64,000 bases of DNA from Bdellovibrionota bacterium (GCA_050950765.1 JBMNIF010000003.1:352001-416000), one strand, 5' to 3'. Positions 51,242 through 62,194 are shown, counted from the stretch's first letter. Notes: generated by a model from the letters alone, not told the origin. Made by a program: numbers and translations.

Positions 51242-53001
51242 GTACAAGAGAACCTTTAAGTAGTTTGGTGCTATGAGTTAAAAAATTCTTAAACCGTTAA
51301 TGGATTATTTTTCCTAAATTCCCGTTTTTTTTATAGTCTACACCTTAGTATTTAATATTTTATCGATAAAAATCTTCTGGTCAATTTCTAATGCTTCTAA
51401 AATATCTTTTTGTTTTTTTGTTAATGGCTGTAGTAGCATGCTCAGATTTTCATTATCTATGCGTCTTATCATTTTAAGCGTTTCTAAAACTCTCTGAATG
51501 GTTTTTTTCTACTTTTTTGTTATTATTATTTATAGTTCTTTGTAGGTCTGACCACATAATTAAGCTAAGAAAGGAGACGAAGCTTTTGCCGTCAGTAGTT
51601 TTTTCATTATGTGTTAGCATACGGTCATTATCCAATTCATTTTTTAAATTATCGAAAGCTTTCTCAATAAAGTCTCGTCGTGAATAGATATGAAGTGCTT
51701 CTTGTGGTGTCATTGTTGAGTGGTTACTCAAAAAAGCAAAAACTCCTAGCATAGATAAGATATCGGTAATTTTTTCATGATCTCTTTCAAAACTTTCTAA
51801 CTGCACTTCTTTCTTAGTTTTTATTTTGTAGTATTTAGAGTAGCGACTCATACTCATAGGCTTTTTCATTTCTTTTAGTTCATCTTCTAATCTGTCAATA
51901 TGAGAGTAAAGAGTGCTCTCTTCCTCAGATGCACTTTTTGTATTTAAGTAAACGTAGAGAGAAAATTTTTCTCCATTTATCTCAATATCTTTTCTTACCC
52001 CATAACAATTTGTCCCAGATATGTGATTCCTAGAAGAGCGAAGAGTAACAGATGCTTCCCTCATAGTATCGTTATAATTTTTCTGAGATTTAGGAACAGC
52101 TACGAGAAATTCTATTTGCTCTTTTTTTATATATTCTAAATTTTCTTTTGTAATAAAACCTCTATCCAGAACATAAAATATATCATCAATACCTAAGCTT
52201 TTAGAGTATTCCATCATTGTTGTAAGAAAAACTTTATCAACAACACTTCCACTGTAAAGAAAAAAACTTATTGGTAAATTGCTGTCGGTAGCGTATAAAA
52301 GTCCGACATTTAGTTGTGGTAAATATTCTTTGTCTCTATTGTATCCATTCTCGGCAAGTGGCAAGTCTGCATAAGTAGAAAGGCTCGTAACATCATAAGC
52401 TACAGTCTCATTGTTTTTCATAGCATGGTTTTTCCACACAGAAAAAAACTTCATTTGATCTTGTTTGGTAATCGATGAAAAAAGCTCACTTGTCTTTTGC
52501 GAAGATAGAGATATGTTTTTAGGGGTAAGAGTATTTTGCAAAAAATTATCTATATTCATCATTACATTGCCTTCGCAAGCCATGTATAACGCAGTATAAA
52601 AGATATCTTCGTATTTATCGGGAAAGATTGTTTTTAAGCATTTTAATAACCCTATAGCCTCAGCTCTCATTTTTAATGCGACTACGTGACCTGCGTCCCA
52701 AACAAAGCGAGAAGAAGCTAGATCAATAACGTCAGATGGCATTGGATAATATTTTCTAAAGTTCTCATTAGGAATCATTCTTCCTTGTCTATCAGGGTCT
52801 ATCTTTCCCACAATCACTTCATCACAAGTAGGTGTGCCGTTCTTATTACGACGATGACCAAGTACGTGATACACATACTTTACGTTTCCTTTGCTATCTT
52901 TTTTATACGAAATCTGTGCTGGTTCAGCGTGAAATGGACATTTGAGGTGCTGAAAAAAGCTACTATAATAGCCTGAGTGATATTAACTAATGGGGTGAAT
53001 A

Positions 53002-53307
53002 ATGGGAAAACATTTTAGTGCAGAAGATAAGGTTAAGATACTGAAGGAGCATTTATTAGGAAATAAGCCGTTATCGAGTTTATGCGATAAATACGGCGTA
53101 CACATTAGTACATTTTATGAATGGCAGAAGCTATTATTTGAGGGAGCTATCCAAATTTTTGAGCGGAATAAAAATGGTAGGAAAGAAGAAAAGAAGCAAG
53201 CTGAACGGATAGATATTTTGGAGAAGAAGCTAACGAAGAAGGATTCTGCGCTAGCGGAGCTTTTGGGGCTTCATATAGATTTAAAAAAAAAGCTTGGGGA
53301 GCTTTAA
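53002..53307 (+). CDS. IS3-family OrfA (HTH)
   Basis: FSAEDKVKIL...LCDKYGVHISTFYEWQK; A9G -1 frameshift site at 53283-53292 with an adjacent AAGCT-TGGGG-AGCTT hairpin. Confidence 0.9.
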   Translation: MGKHFSAEDKVKILKEHLLGNKPLSSLCDKYGVHISTFYEWQKLLFEGAIQIFERNKNGRKEEKKQAERIDILEKKLTKKDSALAELLGLHIDLKKKLGEL

Positions 53308-53342
53308 CGAAGCGTTGGGTTGAGCCACAAATACGAGATGAG

Positions 53343-54305
53343 GTGATAGATTTTGTACATGAATGGCAAGAGAAATCAGAAATGAAGCGGGAGATGTTTA
53401 TAAAGAGGTTAGGGATAACACGGAGCAAGTACTATGCTTGGGAAAAACATTACGGTAAAGAGAACTTTCATAACGGGCTAATTCCGAGAGATTACTGGCT
53501 ATTACCCAGTGAAAGGGAGGCTATTATTAAGTATTATTTAGAGCACTCAAGAGTAGGTTATCGAGCATTAACATACATGATGCTTGACGCAGATGTTGTG
53601 GCAGTATCCCCTGCGACGACCTATAGAGTATTGAAAAGTGCTGGCTTAATGCGTTGCTGGAATGGTTTAAAAAGCAAGAAAGGGACAGGATTTGAACAAC
53701 CACTTAACCCGCATGAACATTGGCATACGGATGTTTCATATATCAATATTTGTGGCACATTTTACTATTTTATTGGAGTTTTGGATGGATGTAGTCGGTA
53801 TTTAGTTGCATGGGACATTAGAGAATCGATGAAAGAAATAGATATTGAAGTAGTATTACAAAAGGCTAGAGAAAGTTTTCCAGACGCAAGACCGCGAATT
53901 ATTTCAGATAACGGTTCAGCCTATATTTCAAAAGAGTTTAAGAATTTTATAAAGATATCTGGTATGACTCACGTCAAGACATCACCGTTCTATCCACAAT
54001 CGAACGGTAAGATGGAGAGATTTAATGGGACATTAAAAGTAGAAGCGATACGACCTAACACTCCAGTATCACTTGATGATGCGAAAACTATAGTGAGTAA
54101 GTTTGTCGAAGAATATAACAATCAGCGGTTACATTGTGCGCTAGGTTATATAACACCAAATGATAGATTGAATAACAAGCAAGAGGAGATATTTAGAGCT
54201 CGAGACAGCAAATTGGAAGCTGCTAGAGCACATCGCAAGTTAGTAAGAGAGGGGTACCCCTCTCTTACTAACTACAACATTGAACAACAAGCTCAGGTGT
54301 GTTAA
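53343..54305 (+). CDS. IS3-family OrfB (DDE core), normally fused to OrfA by -1 frameshift
   Basis: WHTDVSY, IISDNGS, PQSNGKMERFNGTLK, YNNQRLHCALGYITP. Confidence 0.92.
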   Translation: MIDFVHEWQEKSEMKREMFIKRLGITRSKYYAWEKHYGKENFHNGLIPRDYWLLPSEREAIIKYYLEHSRVGYRALTYMMLDADVVAVSPATTYRVLKSAGLMRCWNGLKSKKGTGFEQPLNPHEHWHTDVSYINICGTFYYFIGVLDGCSRYLVAWDIRESMKEIDIEVVLQKARESFPDARPRIISDNGSAYISKEFKNFIKISGMTHVKTSPFYPQSNGKMERFNGTLKVEAIRPNTPVSLDDAKTIVSKFVEEYNNQRLHCALGYITPNDRLNNKQEEIFRARDSKLEAARAHRKLVREGYPSLTNYNIEQQAQVC

Positions 54306-54837
54306 CTAGGGTTTTGTGGCATGACAAAAGTCCATTTCCATCAGAGGCAGAACAAATCTTTTTTTTCTGGAATTGGAATTGAAATATTTATTAAAGCCAT
54401 TTTGTGTCCTATTTTTTACTGTCCCGTAGACTACGGAAACATGTCTACAGAACAAAAAATGTCAATGGTTTTTTAAAAACTTTCATAAAAACTTAATTAA
54501 ATAAATATGTTGGAGGAAATATAATATTAGAAAATCTAAATATGAAATTAAATTATTGATATGGACTACATAAAAAACGGGAATTTAGGTATTTTTTAAC
54601 TTTTAGACTATCTCAGAACGCCTTCTTCTTTAAAAGCATTGCAGACTTTCTGTCGACGCTGCAATTGATGAGCTAAAAATTTTTTACTCCGACTCCTAAA
54701 AAGGGGTGGAAAAATTCTGTCCTCACTTCTTAACTCAAAATCAAGGAAATTTGTTAAAATTATTTAAAAATTCATTCTAAAAAAGTATCTGCACTCGAAG
54801 GACATGATATATCAATACACTTTAACGAACTCGGTTA

Positions 54838-56622
54838 TTATGCACCCCCTGTTAAGCGTGCCCTGATTGCAAACTGTTTAGCCAGTTCAGATTCTCCTTT
54901 TGCTTCATAGACTGCACTTAATATCTGCAATCCATTTACATACTCCGGAGTATTCTCCTTGCCGTCAGTCGATGCCAAGATATAACCGAGAGCATAAAGA
55001 GTTAATTTTTCAGCGCGATCCTCAAAGCCATTCTCAAGAAAAGCCTGCACGCGCGCTTGCCAATTATCTATTCGCAAAAATCCTTTCCTATCTGCAAAAT
55101 CTTCTTCCGTTAAGACTGAAACTTCTTCAGCATCTTCTTCAACCGTCTCTTCCGCAGTAGAAGTTGAGGTAGAGAATGAATCTTCGTCTTCAACTTCTTC
55201 ATGTATTTCATTAGGATCTAATCCCACAGGAGCACCATCAATAGCGGCGACAGAGGTCATAAGAATTTCTTCTGCCGTTAACTCTTTTTCTTCAGGTTCT
55301 TTTTTATCCGTTGATACTGCTTCTTCCTCTACGGGGATCTCCACTTTCGGCACCTCAAAGGGGGCCTTATCATTTAAGAATTGAAGAGCATAAGATCTGC
55401 ACGCCGTAAAAACTGGAGAGATATAAACTGATCCATCAAAGGCTCGTACAATATCTACAATAAAAGGCAGTAGCGTTCCTCCAAACTTAGTATCGAGATT
55501 ATCCATATCTTCTAAAAACATCTCCTGTCTTTTTTTAGCATCGCCGCGGTCACCGCTCTGCACCATCGCCAGATCTCGATCGTAATCTCCTACGTATTTA
55601 TCTGTATAAAGCCTAGAAAATGTTTCCTTACAATTTTGAACCTCTTTTTCAGCAACTTCTCCCTGCTTTTCCAACAAAGAAATTGATCTTTTATAAATCC
55701 ACATCGCTATTTCTGGTTCCAACAATTTATTAACCCAGCTAGCTGCCGTTCTAAAAGAATCAATTGCTCTACTTATATCTTTTTGGTCTTCACAATATTG
55801 AGCAAAGAAGCAGAGGCTATCGATAGTTTCGTCGGCATCCATACCATACAACCCTTGCACTAACTCCACGCCCCATTCCATATTGATTAAAGATTGTCTG
55901 GCGTCATTCTTATCTCGATAAATCGCCGTTAACACATTGATGCAAGCGATAAATAACGGAGAGATCTCCATATTAAAATGTTCGCGCATCGCCAAGACTG
56001 ATTGTAAAACTTTTTCGGCATCTTCTGCTTTATTACTCAAAAAATAAGCGAACCCGACCTTTGCTTGCACATAAGCAAGTTGTGTATAGTCTCCCATCGT
56101 CATATTGTCGGTGTTAATCTCTTGTGCAGCTTCAATATAATAATCGATAGCTTCGTCATATTTTTCTTGCGAAAAAGAAATTTCAGCGAAGCACAACGAC
56201 AATCCAATTTTAAATATCTTTACGATATCAGAGCTTCCGGAGATATTTTTTCTGACTTTACTATAATGCAAACAAGCCTCATCTATCCGTCCCCCCTGCA
56301 ACGCCACAAGAGCCATTGCGCACGTTGTCCCGTAAGAAAGGATCTGTAAAAGATCCTCGTCCAGCACCATATCGGTGTACTGTTTTGCTGTTTTAACATG
56401 TGCCGTCGCTTCTTGAGTGTTCCCCCCCAGCAACTCTGCCAACCCAAGAAGTGATGTGACAGGTGCCATATATTCAGGCATTTTAGCAAACTTACCGCTG
56501 CACAATTCTTTTAATTCATTCAGCTGTACCAGTGCAGTAGAGACATCCCGTCTAGAGACTGCTTCTAAAGCGTTACTATATTGATCGAGCCACGTCAGAT
56601 CGTTTCCGGTAAGATTGCTCAT
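54838..56622 (-). CDS. TPR-like helical repeat protein with an acidic segment
   Basis: FAEISFSQEKYDEAIDYY, VGFAYFLSNKAEDAE, LSAVYEAKGESELA; E-rich linker. Confidence 0.72.
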   Translation of the reverse strand: MSNLTGNDLTWLDQYSNALEAVSRRDVSTALVQLNELKELCSGKFAKMPEYMAPVTSLLGLAELLGGNTQEATAHVKTAKQYTDMVLDEDLLQILSYGTTCAMALVALQGGRIDEACLHYSKVRKNISGSSDIVKIFKIGLSLCFAEISFSQEKYDEAIDYYIEAAQEINTDNMTMGDYTQLAYVQAKVGFAYFLSNKAEDAEKVLQSVLAMREHFNMEISPLFIACINVLTAIYRDKNDARQSLINMEWGVELVQGLYGMDADETIDSLCFFAQYCEDQKDISRAIDSFRTAASWVNKLLEPEIAMWIYKRSISLLEKQGEVAEKEVQNCKETFSRLYTDKYVGDYDRDLAMVQSGDRGDAKKRQEMFLEDMDNLDTKFGGTLLPFIVDIVRAFDGSVYISPVFTACRSYALQFLNDKAPFEVPKVEIPVEEEAVSTDKKEPEEKELTAEEILMTSVAAIDGAPVGLDPNEIHEEVEDEDSFSTSTSTAEETVEEDAEEVSVLTEEDFADRKGFLRIDNWQARVQAFLENGFEDRAEKLTLYALGYILASTDGKENTPEYVNGLQILSAVYEAKGESELAKQFAIRARLTGGA

Positions 56623-56727
56623 AACTATGCTCCAAGAGATTTTTCGTTATAAGAGAGATAACAACACTACACTAGGTAGATGCTTGAAATATTTACATCG
56701 ATGCAGCTTTTGCACGCAGGCACAATG

Positions 56728-58136
56728 TGGTGCCACCCTTCAGGGACAGCTGGGCAGGCTGATACGGCAAAACAGATCGGTTAGGTTTCTACGGAGGTTA
56801 AAAGTGGGTGTCCTAATTGGGGGCTAGATCTCGACGGAGGTTAAAAATTTGGCAGCAAGACGGGTGACGAATTTGGTGCCACCCTTCTTTGTTGCAGGCT
56901 GTCGCTGGTGCCACCCTTCAGCGCCGCAGACGCTTTGCAAATAGGACACCCAAACTTCAAAATCACAACATCTAATAATATCAAGATGTTAGCAAAAGTT
57001 TAAAATTCGACAGATCTGGTGCCACCCTTCAGTGACGCTTGAACGGAGGTTAAAAGTGGGTGTCCTAATTGGGCAGATCTGGTGCCACCCAACAAGATGC
57101 TCCCTCCACTTCTCAGGGGCGCTTGAACGGGCTGAAACTGTAGAACAGATCAGCTGGATCTTCACAGGGGTGAAAAGTGGGTGTCCTAATTGGCAGTGTC
57201 GACGGAGGTTAAAAATTTGGCAGCAAGACGGGTGACGAATTTGGTGCCACCCTTCTTTGTTGCAGGCTGTCGCTGGTGCCACCCACCAGCGCCGCAGACG
57301 CTTTGCAAATAGGACACCCAAACTTCAAAATCACAACATCTAATAATATCAAGATGTTAGCAAAAGTTTAAAATTCGACAGATCTGGTGCCACCCACCAA
57401 TAAGACGCGATCTGCTAGATTTGGACGGCTTTGGTTTCCACCCACCAATAAGACGGGATCTGCTAGATTTGGACGGCTTTGGTTTTGGCGCCACCCTTCA
57501 AGGACAACTGACCACCCACCAGTGCAGTTAAAAATTTGGTGCCACCCACCAGTGCAGAATCTTGGTTTAAAAGGATGAAGTCTTTAAAATCAATATGTTA
57601 GCACCTAACTAAAGATGGTTAGTTTTGGTGCCACCCAACAGCAAGACGGGATCTGTTGGATTTGGGTGGCTTTGGATCTGGTGCCACCCTTCAAGGACAA
57701 CTGAACGGGCTGCAACTAAAAATCAGATCAGCTAGATCTTCACGGAGGTTAAAAAGTGGGTGTCCTAATTAGCAGTGACGGCTGAATGGGCTGATGCTAA
57801 AAATCGAAGTAGCTAGATCTGGACGGAGGTTAAAAATTTGGAAAATTTGGTGCCACCCACCAGTGCAGAATCTTGGTTTAAAAGGATGAAGTCTTTAAAA
57901 TCAATATGTTAGCACCTAACTAAAGATGGTTAGCTTTGGTGCCACCCACCAGTAAGACGGGATCTGTTGGATTTGGGCGGCTTTGGATCTGGTGCCACCC
58001 AACAGCAAGACGGGATCTGTTGGATTTGGACGGCTTTGGTTTTGGTGCCACCCTTCAAGGACAACTGAATGGGCTGATACTAAAAATCGAAGCAGCTAGT
58101 TCTCGACGGAGGTAAAAAGTGCCACCCAGCAGTGCA
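56728..58136 (+). repeat. Modular mosaic repeat array, locus 3
   Basis: About 15 exact GGTGCCACCC anchors, the same modules as locus 1, and internal duplications at offsets 368 and 311. Confidence 0.92.
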
Positions 58137-58216
58137 GAGCGGGAATCAGTAGTTAATCAATTTCTCAGATAATTTAGATAATTTACTGTTACAAAATAGC
58201 TAGCTATTTCAAAATG

Positions 58217-59254
58217 TTATGCAGCGGCGTTCTCACTTAAAGCTTTTCGTAGCGTTTGTCCGAGAGAAAAAAGCTGGCTAGGGTTTTTAGGTTTACCATC
58301 CACCCGTACTTCGTAGTGCAGGTGTGGACCTGTTGAACGTCCTGAAGATCCAGAAAGCGCGATAATATCACGAGCTGTTACTTTATCGCCTCTTTTAACA
58401 AGCATCTTTGAAAGGTGAGCGTAACGGGTCATAACTCTATCAGTATGCTTAATATCAATGTAATAACCGTACGTGTTGCTGTATTTTACATTAGAGACAA
58501 CACCATCAGCAGTAGCATAAACAGCAGAGCCAACCTTTAATGAAAAATCAACTCCTTGATGTACACGCCACCTCTTACTAAACGGTGAGAACCTAGCACC
58601 AAAAAGAGATGTCACCTTACCATTTGAAGGATAATTGAATGGGATTGCCCGAATAGCAGCGATATATTGATCCAAAAACTCTGCGGTTTTTACACTCTTT
58701 GAAGTTACAGGTAATTTTAGAAGAGCATCTTTACTGTCAGCATCCCAATTTTCCGAAGCAACTATTTTAACACAACTCTTTTTGCCACTCTTTTTACTGG
58801 CGCTAACACAATCTATCTCTAAGCCACCAACTCCCCCTTTGGTAACCTTATCAGAGAGACCAAGAGCATTTAAATCTTTATCCTGAATAACACCTAGATT
58901 TTTAGCCGAATACAGCACTTCATTTAACTTTTTCAAGCGCTGCTCTACCTCTTTCTTATACTCTTCAGCTTGTACGTTTTTATTTTTTAATCCACGAACC
59001 TTCTGTTGCAAGTTCTTATTGGTACGGTGCAAGGTATCCCGTTCAGATTTTAACTTGAGCATTGAAAAGTAATTACCGCCTTGACGGAAACGCAATCTAG
59101 CGTAGTCGCTCACCACGTAGAGACCAGCCAAAGCCACAACAACCACTAATAGCGCTAATCCAAGCACTTTTAAGAAACAAACTCTAAGTTTTCTAACCTT
59201 TCCACATTTAGTTGAAACCAACCAAATGCAGAAATCATTATCAAGACGTCCCAT
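58217..59254 (-). CDS. M23 family metallopeptidase with TM helix and coiled coil
   Basis: HQGVDF, TRYAHLS, SGRSTGPHLHYEV. Confidence 0.9.
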   Translation of the reverse strand: MGRLDNDFCIWLVSTKCGKVRKLRVCFLKVLGLALLVVVVALAGLYVVSDYARLRFRQGGNYFSMLKLKSERDTLHRTNKNLQQKVRGLKNKNVQAEEYKKEVEQRLKKLNEVLYSAKNLGVIQDKDLNALGLSDKVTKGGVGGLEIDCVSASKKSGKKSCVKIVASENWDADSKDALLKLPVTSKSVKTAEFLDQYIAAIRAIPFNYPSNGKVTSLFGARFSPFSKRWRVHQGVDFSLKVGSAVYATADGVVSNVKYSNTYGYYIDIKHTDRVMTRYAHLSKMLVKRGDKVTARDIIALSGSSGRSTGPHLHYEVRVDGKPKNPSQLFSLGQTLRKALSENAAA

Positions 59255-59474
59255 AATCAGAACCGAACATACGCCCTTAAGATGAGTAGCGCTTCAAAAA
59301 AAAGAAGAAGCTTTATATAACTCAATCAAGGCAACAACAGGAGCGTAGCATACGAAAAAACTCCATTTTGGTCAAACTAACAAAATCCAACAATATCTCT
59401 ACGACCATAAAAAATAGAACACTATATTGACAAATAAAACACAACACATTAATCAAAACATTAAAAATATCTTA

Positions 59475-61118
59475 TTACAATCCCAAAAGTTCTTTGGCAG
59501 ACTCTCTCGTAGCAGCAGTTATCTTATAACCTGCTAACATTCTTGCAATTTCATTAACCCTCTCATCCCCCGAAATCTCTCGAATCTTAGTTTTCGTACG
59601 CTCCCCCACCACCTTTTCTACTAGTAAGTGATGATCCCCCAAAGATGCTACTTGTGCAAGATGCGTAATACACAACACCTGTGAATGCTCACTCAAGCTC
59701 TTCAACTTATCTCCTACTGCTCTGGCCACACTGCCAGAAATACCAGAATCAACCTCATCAAAGATCAACACATTAACGCCACTACGATCTCGTAAAATCT
59801 TTTTAAGCACCAACATAATCCTCGAAAGCTCTCCACCTGAAGCTACCGACCGCAGCGGCTTGCACGGCTCCCCTTTATTTGTGCTGATCATCATCTCCAA
59901 TCTATCTTTCCCCGAAGGTGTAAGCTCCCCCTCAGAGATCACAACCTCTAACTTAGCTTCTGGCATATTTAGCTCTTTCAATTCACTAACAACCTGCTTA
60001 GCCAACGAGGCAGCCGCCTTCTTGCGCTTCCCCGAAAGCTCATCAGCCAACTTCGAAACAACTTTCTTCTTCTCGTCAACACCACTCCTTAAACGCTCAA
60101 AAGATTCCGGATCACTAATCTCATTAAGCTCCTTTTCCACACTCCCTTTTAACGCCGCCAGATCCGCATCGTTACACCGATACTTCCTCTCTAACCTCGC
60201 CACTTCCGCCAAATGATCCCTCTTACTATCTAATTCCTTTTGATCAACATCAATCGAAGAAACATAGTCACTAAGCGCTGCTTCAAAAATATGTAGAGCC
60301 TCTAAAGCAGCATCAGCCAACCCCTCTACCTCTGAAGCCCCCTCATCCAATTTACTCAGACTTGTTGCCATCTTTATAAGTTTTGAAAACTGCTCATAGA
60401 TCCCACCTTCATCATTTAACAACTGCCCAATCTGCGCAGATTCGGCAAGGATGCCTTCCGCATTCGCCATACGCCTAACAATATTTTCCAACTCCGCTCT
60501 AATACCAGCTCTTACCTCAACTTTTTTCAACTCCTCAAAGATATTCTCCAACTCCGCTCTACGAATGGCAGCGTGTTTCTGTTTTTGTGCAGCCTCCTCC
60601 AACTCCTTACAAGCTGCTTGCCAATCAACATAAGCTCCCCGATAACACTCAAGCAGTTCATCATTAGCCGCAAAACCATCTAACAACTCAAGGTGATAAC
60701 TCGGCTCTAATAAACGCACCTGCTGCCCCTGCCCACAGATATTAACTAAGCTAAGCGCAATCTCTTCAAGAAGAGAAACAGTCCCCAACCTTCCATTAAT
60801 ATAGATCTTGCCACGTCCTGCGCTATTCATACCACGCATCAAAAGCAACTCTTTCTCTTCGCCAACAATAGCAGGTAATGACGCTCTTAAACGTTCATCT
60901 AAAAAAGAGAGATCAAAAAGCGCCTCCACCTCCCAGCCGTCCGTGCCACTTCTTACATATTGCCCCTTAGGTCGCGCTCCAAGAATCAACTCCAACGCTT
61001 GTAACAACATCGATTTTCCAGAGCCAGTTTCCCCACTAATAACGTTCAACCCTGGTGTAAACGAGATATGCTCATCTTCAATGATCACAAAATTCTTAAT
61101 ATGCAGCTCCTGCAACAT
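59475..61118 (-). CDS. recN: DNA repair protein RecN
   Basis: SGETGSGKS, VASGGELSRIML, IFDEVDSGISG, QVLCITHLAQVA. Confidence 0.97.
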   Translation of the reverse strand: MLQELHIKNFVIIEDEHISFTPGLNVISGETGSGKSMLLQALELILGARPKGQYVRSGTDGWEVEALFDLSFLDERLRASLPAIVGEEKELLLMRGMNSAGRGKIYINGRLGTVSLLEEIALSLVNICGQGQQVRLLEPSYHLELLDGFAANDELLECYRGAYVDWQAACKELEEAAQKQKHAAIRRAELENIFEELKKVEVRAGIRAELENIVRRMANAEGILAESAQIGQLLNDEGGIYEQFSKLIKMATSLSKLDEGASEVEGLADAALEALHIFEAALSDYVSSIDVDQKELDSKRDHLAEVARLERKYRCNDADLAALKGSVEKELNEISDPESFERLRSGVDEKKKVVSKLADELSGKRKKAAASLAKQVVSELKELNMPEAKLEVVISEGELTPSGKDRLEMMISTNKGEPCKPLRSVASGGELSRIMLVLKKILRDRSGVNVLIFDEVDSGISGSVARAVGDKLKSLSEHSQVLCITHLAQVASLGDHHLLVEKVVGERTKTKIREISGDERVNEIARMLAGYKITAATRESAKELLGL

Positions 61119-61237
61119 TTTTTTCCTTTTCCTAACCGATTTTAATTACCTTACCCGAAACACTTGCAACCCTTGCAACATTTTTTTCCTTTTCTAACCG
61201 ATCTCAAACTATCTTACCCGAAACACTTGAAGCTCCT
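61102..61237. repeat. About 2 copies of a 63-bp tandem duplication spanning the recN RBS and start codon
   Basis: TGCAACATTTTTTTCCTTTT at 61111 and 61174; TTACCCGAAACACTTG occurs twice. Confidence 0.85.
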
Positions 61238-61312
61238 ATTTCCCTCTCTCTCCTTTCCCAACCGGTCTCAATTCCCCTTCTCTAAATCTTACACACTTTC
61301 CGCAACTTTATT

Positions 61313-62182
61313 TTATCCTGCACAATTAGGTGCGCCCCAATTTAATTTATTACGCAATATCTTAAAATATCCCTCCTTTGAAGATTTAACTAACTTCACT
61401 GTAAGATCAGATCCTGAAATTTTAATACAATCTCCACCCTGTACAGGGACCGTTTTTTGACCGTCTGCAATAAGTATTAAACTTTTCTCCAAAGGTAGCT
61501 CCACACTTAATTTACAGTGCGCCGGAAGAATTACAGGACGACTGGTTAAAGAATGCGGACAGATCGGTGTAATAAGAATTGCATTTAAAGCTGGATGTAC
61601 TATGGAACCACCCGCAGAAAGAGAATAAGCAGTAGAGCCTGTCGGAGTAGCAAAAACAACACCGTCTCCACGCGTACTTAAAAAAGGTTGGTCATCAAGT
61701 GAAACAACAAGATCTACTATCTGTTCTCCAGCATCCTTTTGAATAAAAACATCATTTAAAAACGGAACTGTAAATATTAAATCTCCATCCCTACAAACTT
61801 GCAGAGTTAGCATATTCCTTTCATCGTGTTGTGCTTTAGCATTATAAAGATCATCCAAACACGAGATCAGATCTTCCGGCGCAATCTCCGTAAGAAATCC
61901 AAGCCTGCCAAAATTTACAGCAACAAACTTAGGTCCATCACGTCGCGTATATTTAGCAACACTTAAAAGGGTACCATCCCCACCCAAAGTAATAACAACA
62001 TCACTTTGCTGTACCAACTCAACTGTATCTTTAATCTCTATTGAATTATAAGAGTCTAAACTTTCAGCAGCTTTAGGTTCAAAGAGAAACCTTACCTCAC
62101 GCTCCTTACCCCACTCTATGATAGCAGCCAGCAGAGTTTGCGACTCCTCAGATACTGACTTTAAAACTAATCCTATAATCAT
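61313..62182 (-). CDS. nadK: NAD kinase
   Basis: LGGDGTLL, GRLGFLT, DGVVFATPTGSTAYSLSAGG, PICPHSL. Confidence 0.96.
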   Translation of the reverse strand: MIIGLVLKSVSEESQTLLAAIIEWGKEREVRFLFEPKAAESLDSYNSIEIKDTVELVQQSDVVITLGGDGTLLSVAKYTRRDGPKFVAVNFGRLGFLTEIAPEDLISCLDDLYNAKAQHDERNMLTLQVCRDGDLIFTVPFLNDVFIQKDAGEQIVDLVVSLDDQPFLSTRGDGVVFATPTGSTAYSLSAGGSIVHPALNAILITPICPHSLTSRPVILPAHCKLSVELPLEKSLILIADGQKTVPVQGGDCIKISGSDLTVKLVKSSKEGYFKILRNKLNWGAPNCAG

Positions 62183-62194
62183 TATTATTGCAGC

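Larger units (their letters stand above)
52915..54354 (+). mobile_element. IS3-family insertion sequence
   Basis: TG...CA ends, 25-bp imperfect IRs (TGTGCTGG...GAAATGGAC / GTCCATTTC...GCAGAACA), 4-bp target duplication AATC at 52911-52914 and 54355-54358. Confidence 0.92.
51338..54400 (-). pseudogene. IS1634-family transposase pseudogene (IS3 insertion plus two homopolymer frameshifts)
   Basis: ATG 54400 MALINISIPIPEK; core AYDVTS, GYNRD, VLDRGF, RDFIEKAFDNLKN (51474-52874 ORF); true C-terminus ...PLTKKQKDILEAL...KV* lies in another frame ending at 51338. Confidence 0.85.
51313..54589 (-). mobile_element. Second IS1634-like element, interrupted by an IS3-family element
   Basis: IRs CCTAAATTCCCGTTTTTT / AAAAAACGGGAATTTAGG; TATTTTT on both flanks (51306-51312, 54590-54596). 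Confidence 0.88.

Noticed and set aside
56615..57578. Short ORFs with WCHP motifs in the repeat array
   Set aside because: They are translations of the non-coding anchors, with no RBS or consistent frame.
45075..58136. Mosaic arrays as CRISPR arrays
   Set aside because: The constant part is only about 10-16 bp, spacing is irregular, the intervening sequences are themselves repeated, and there are no cas genes in the window.
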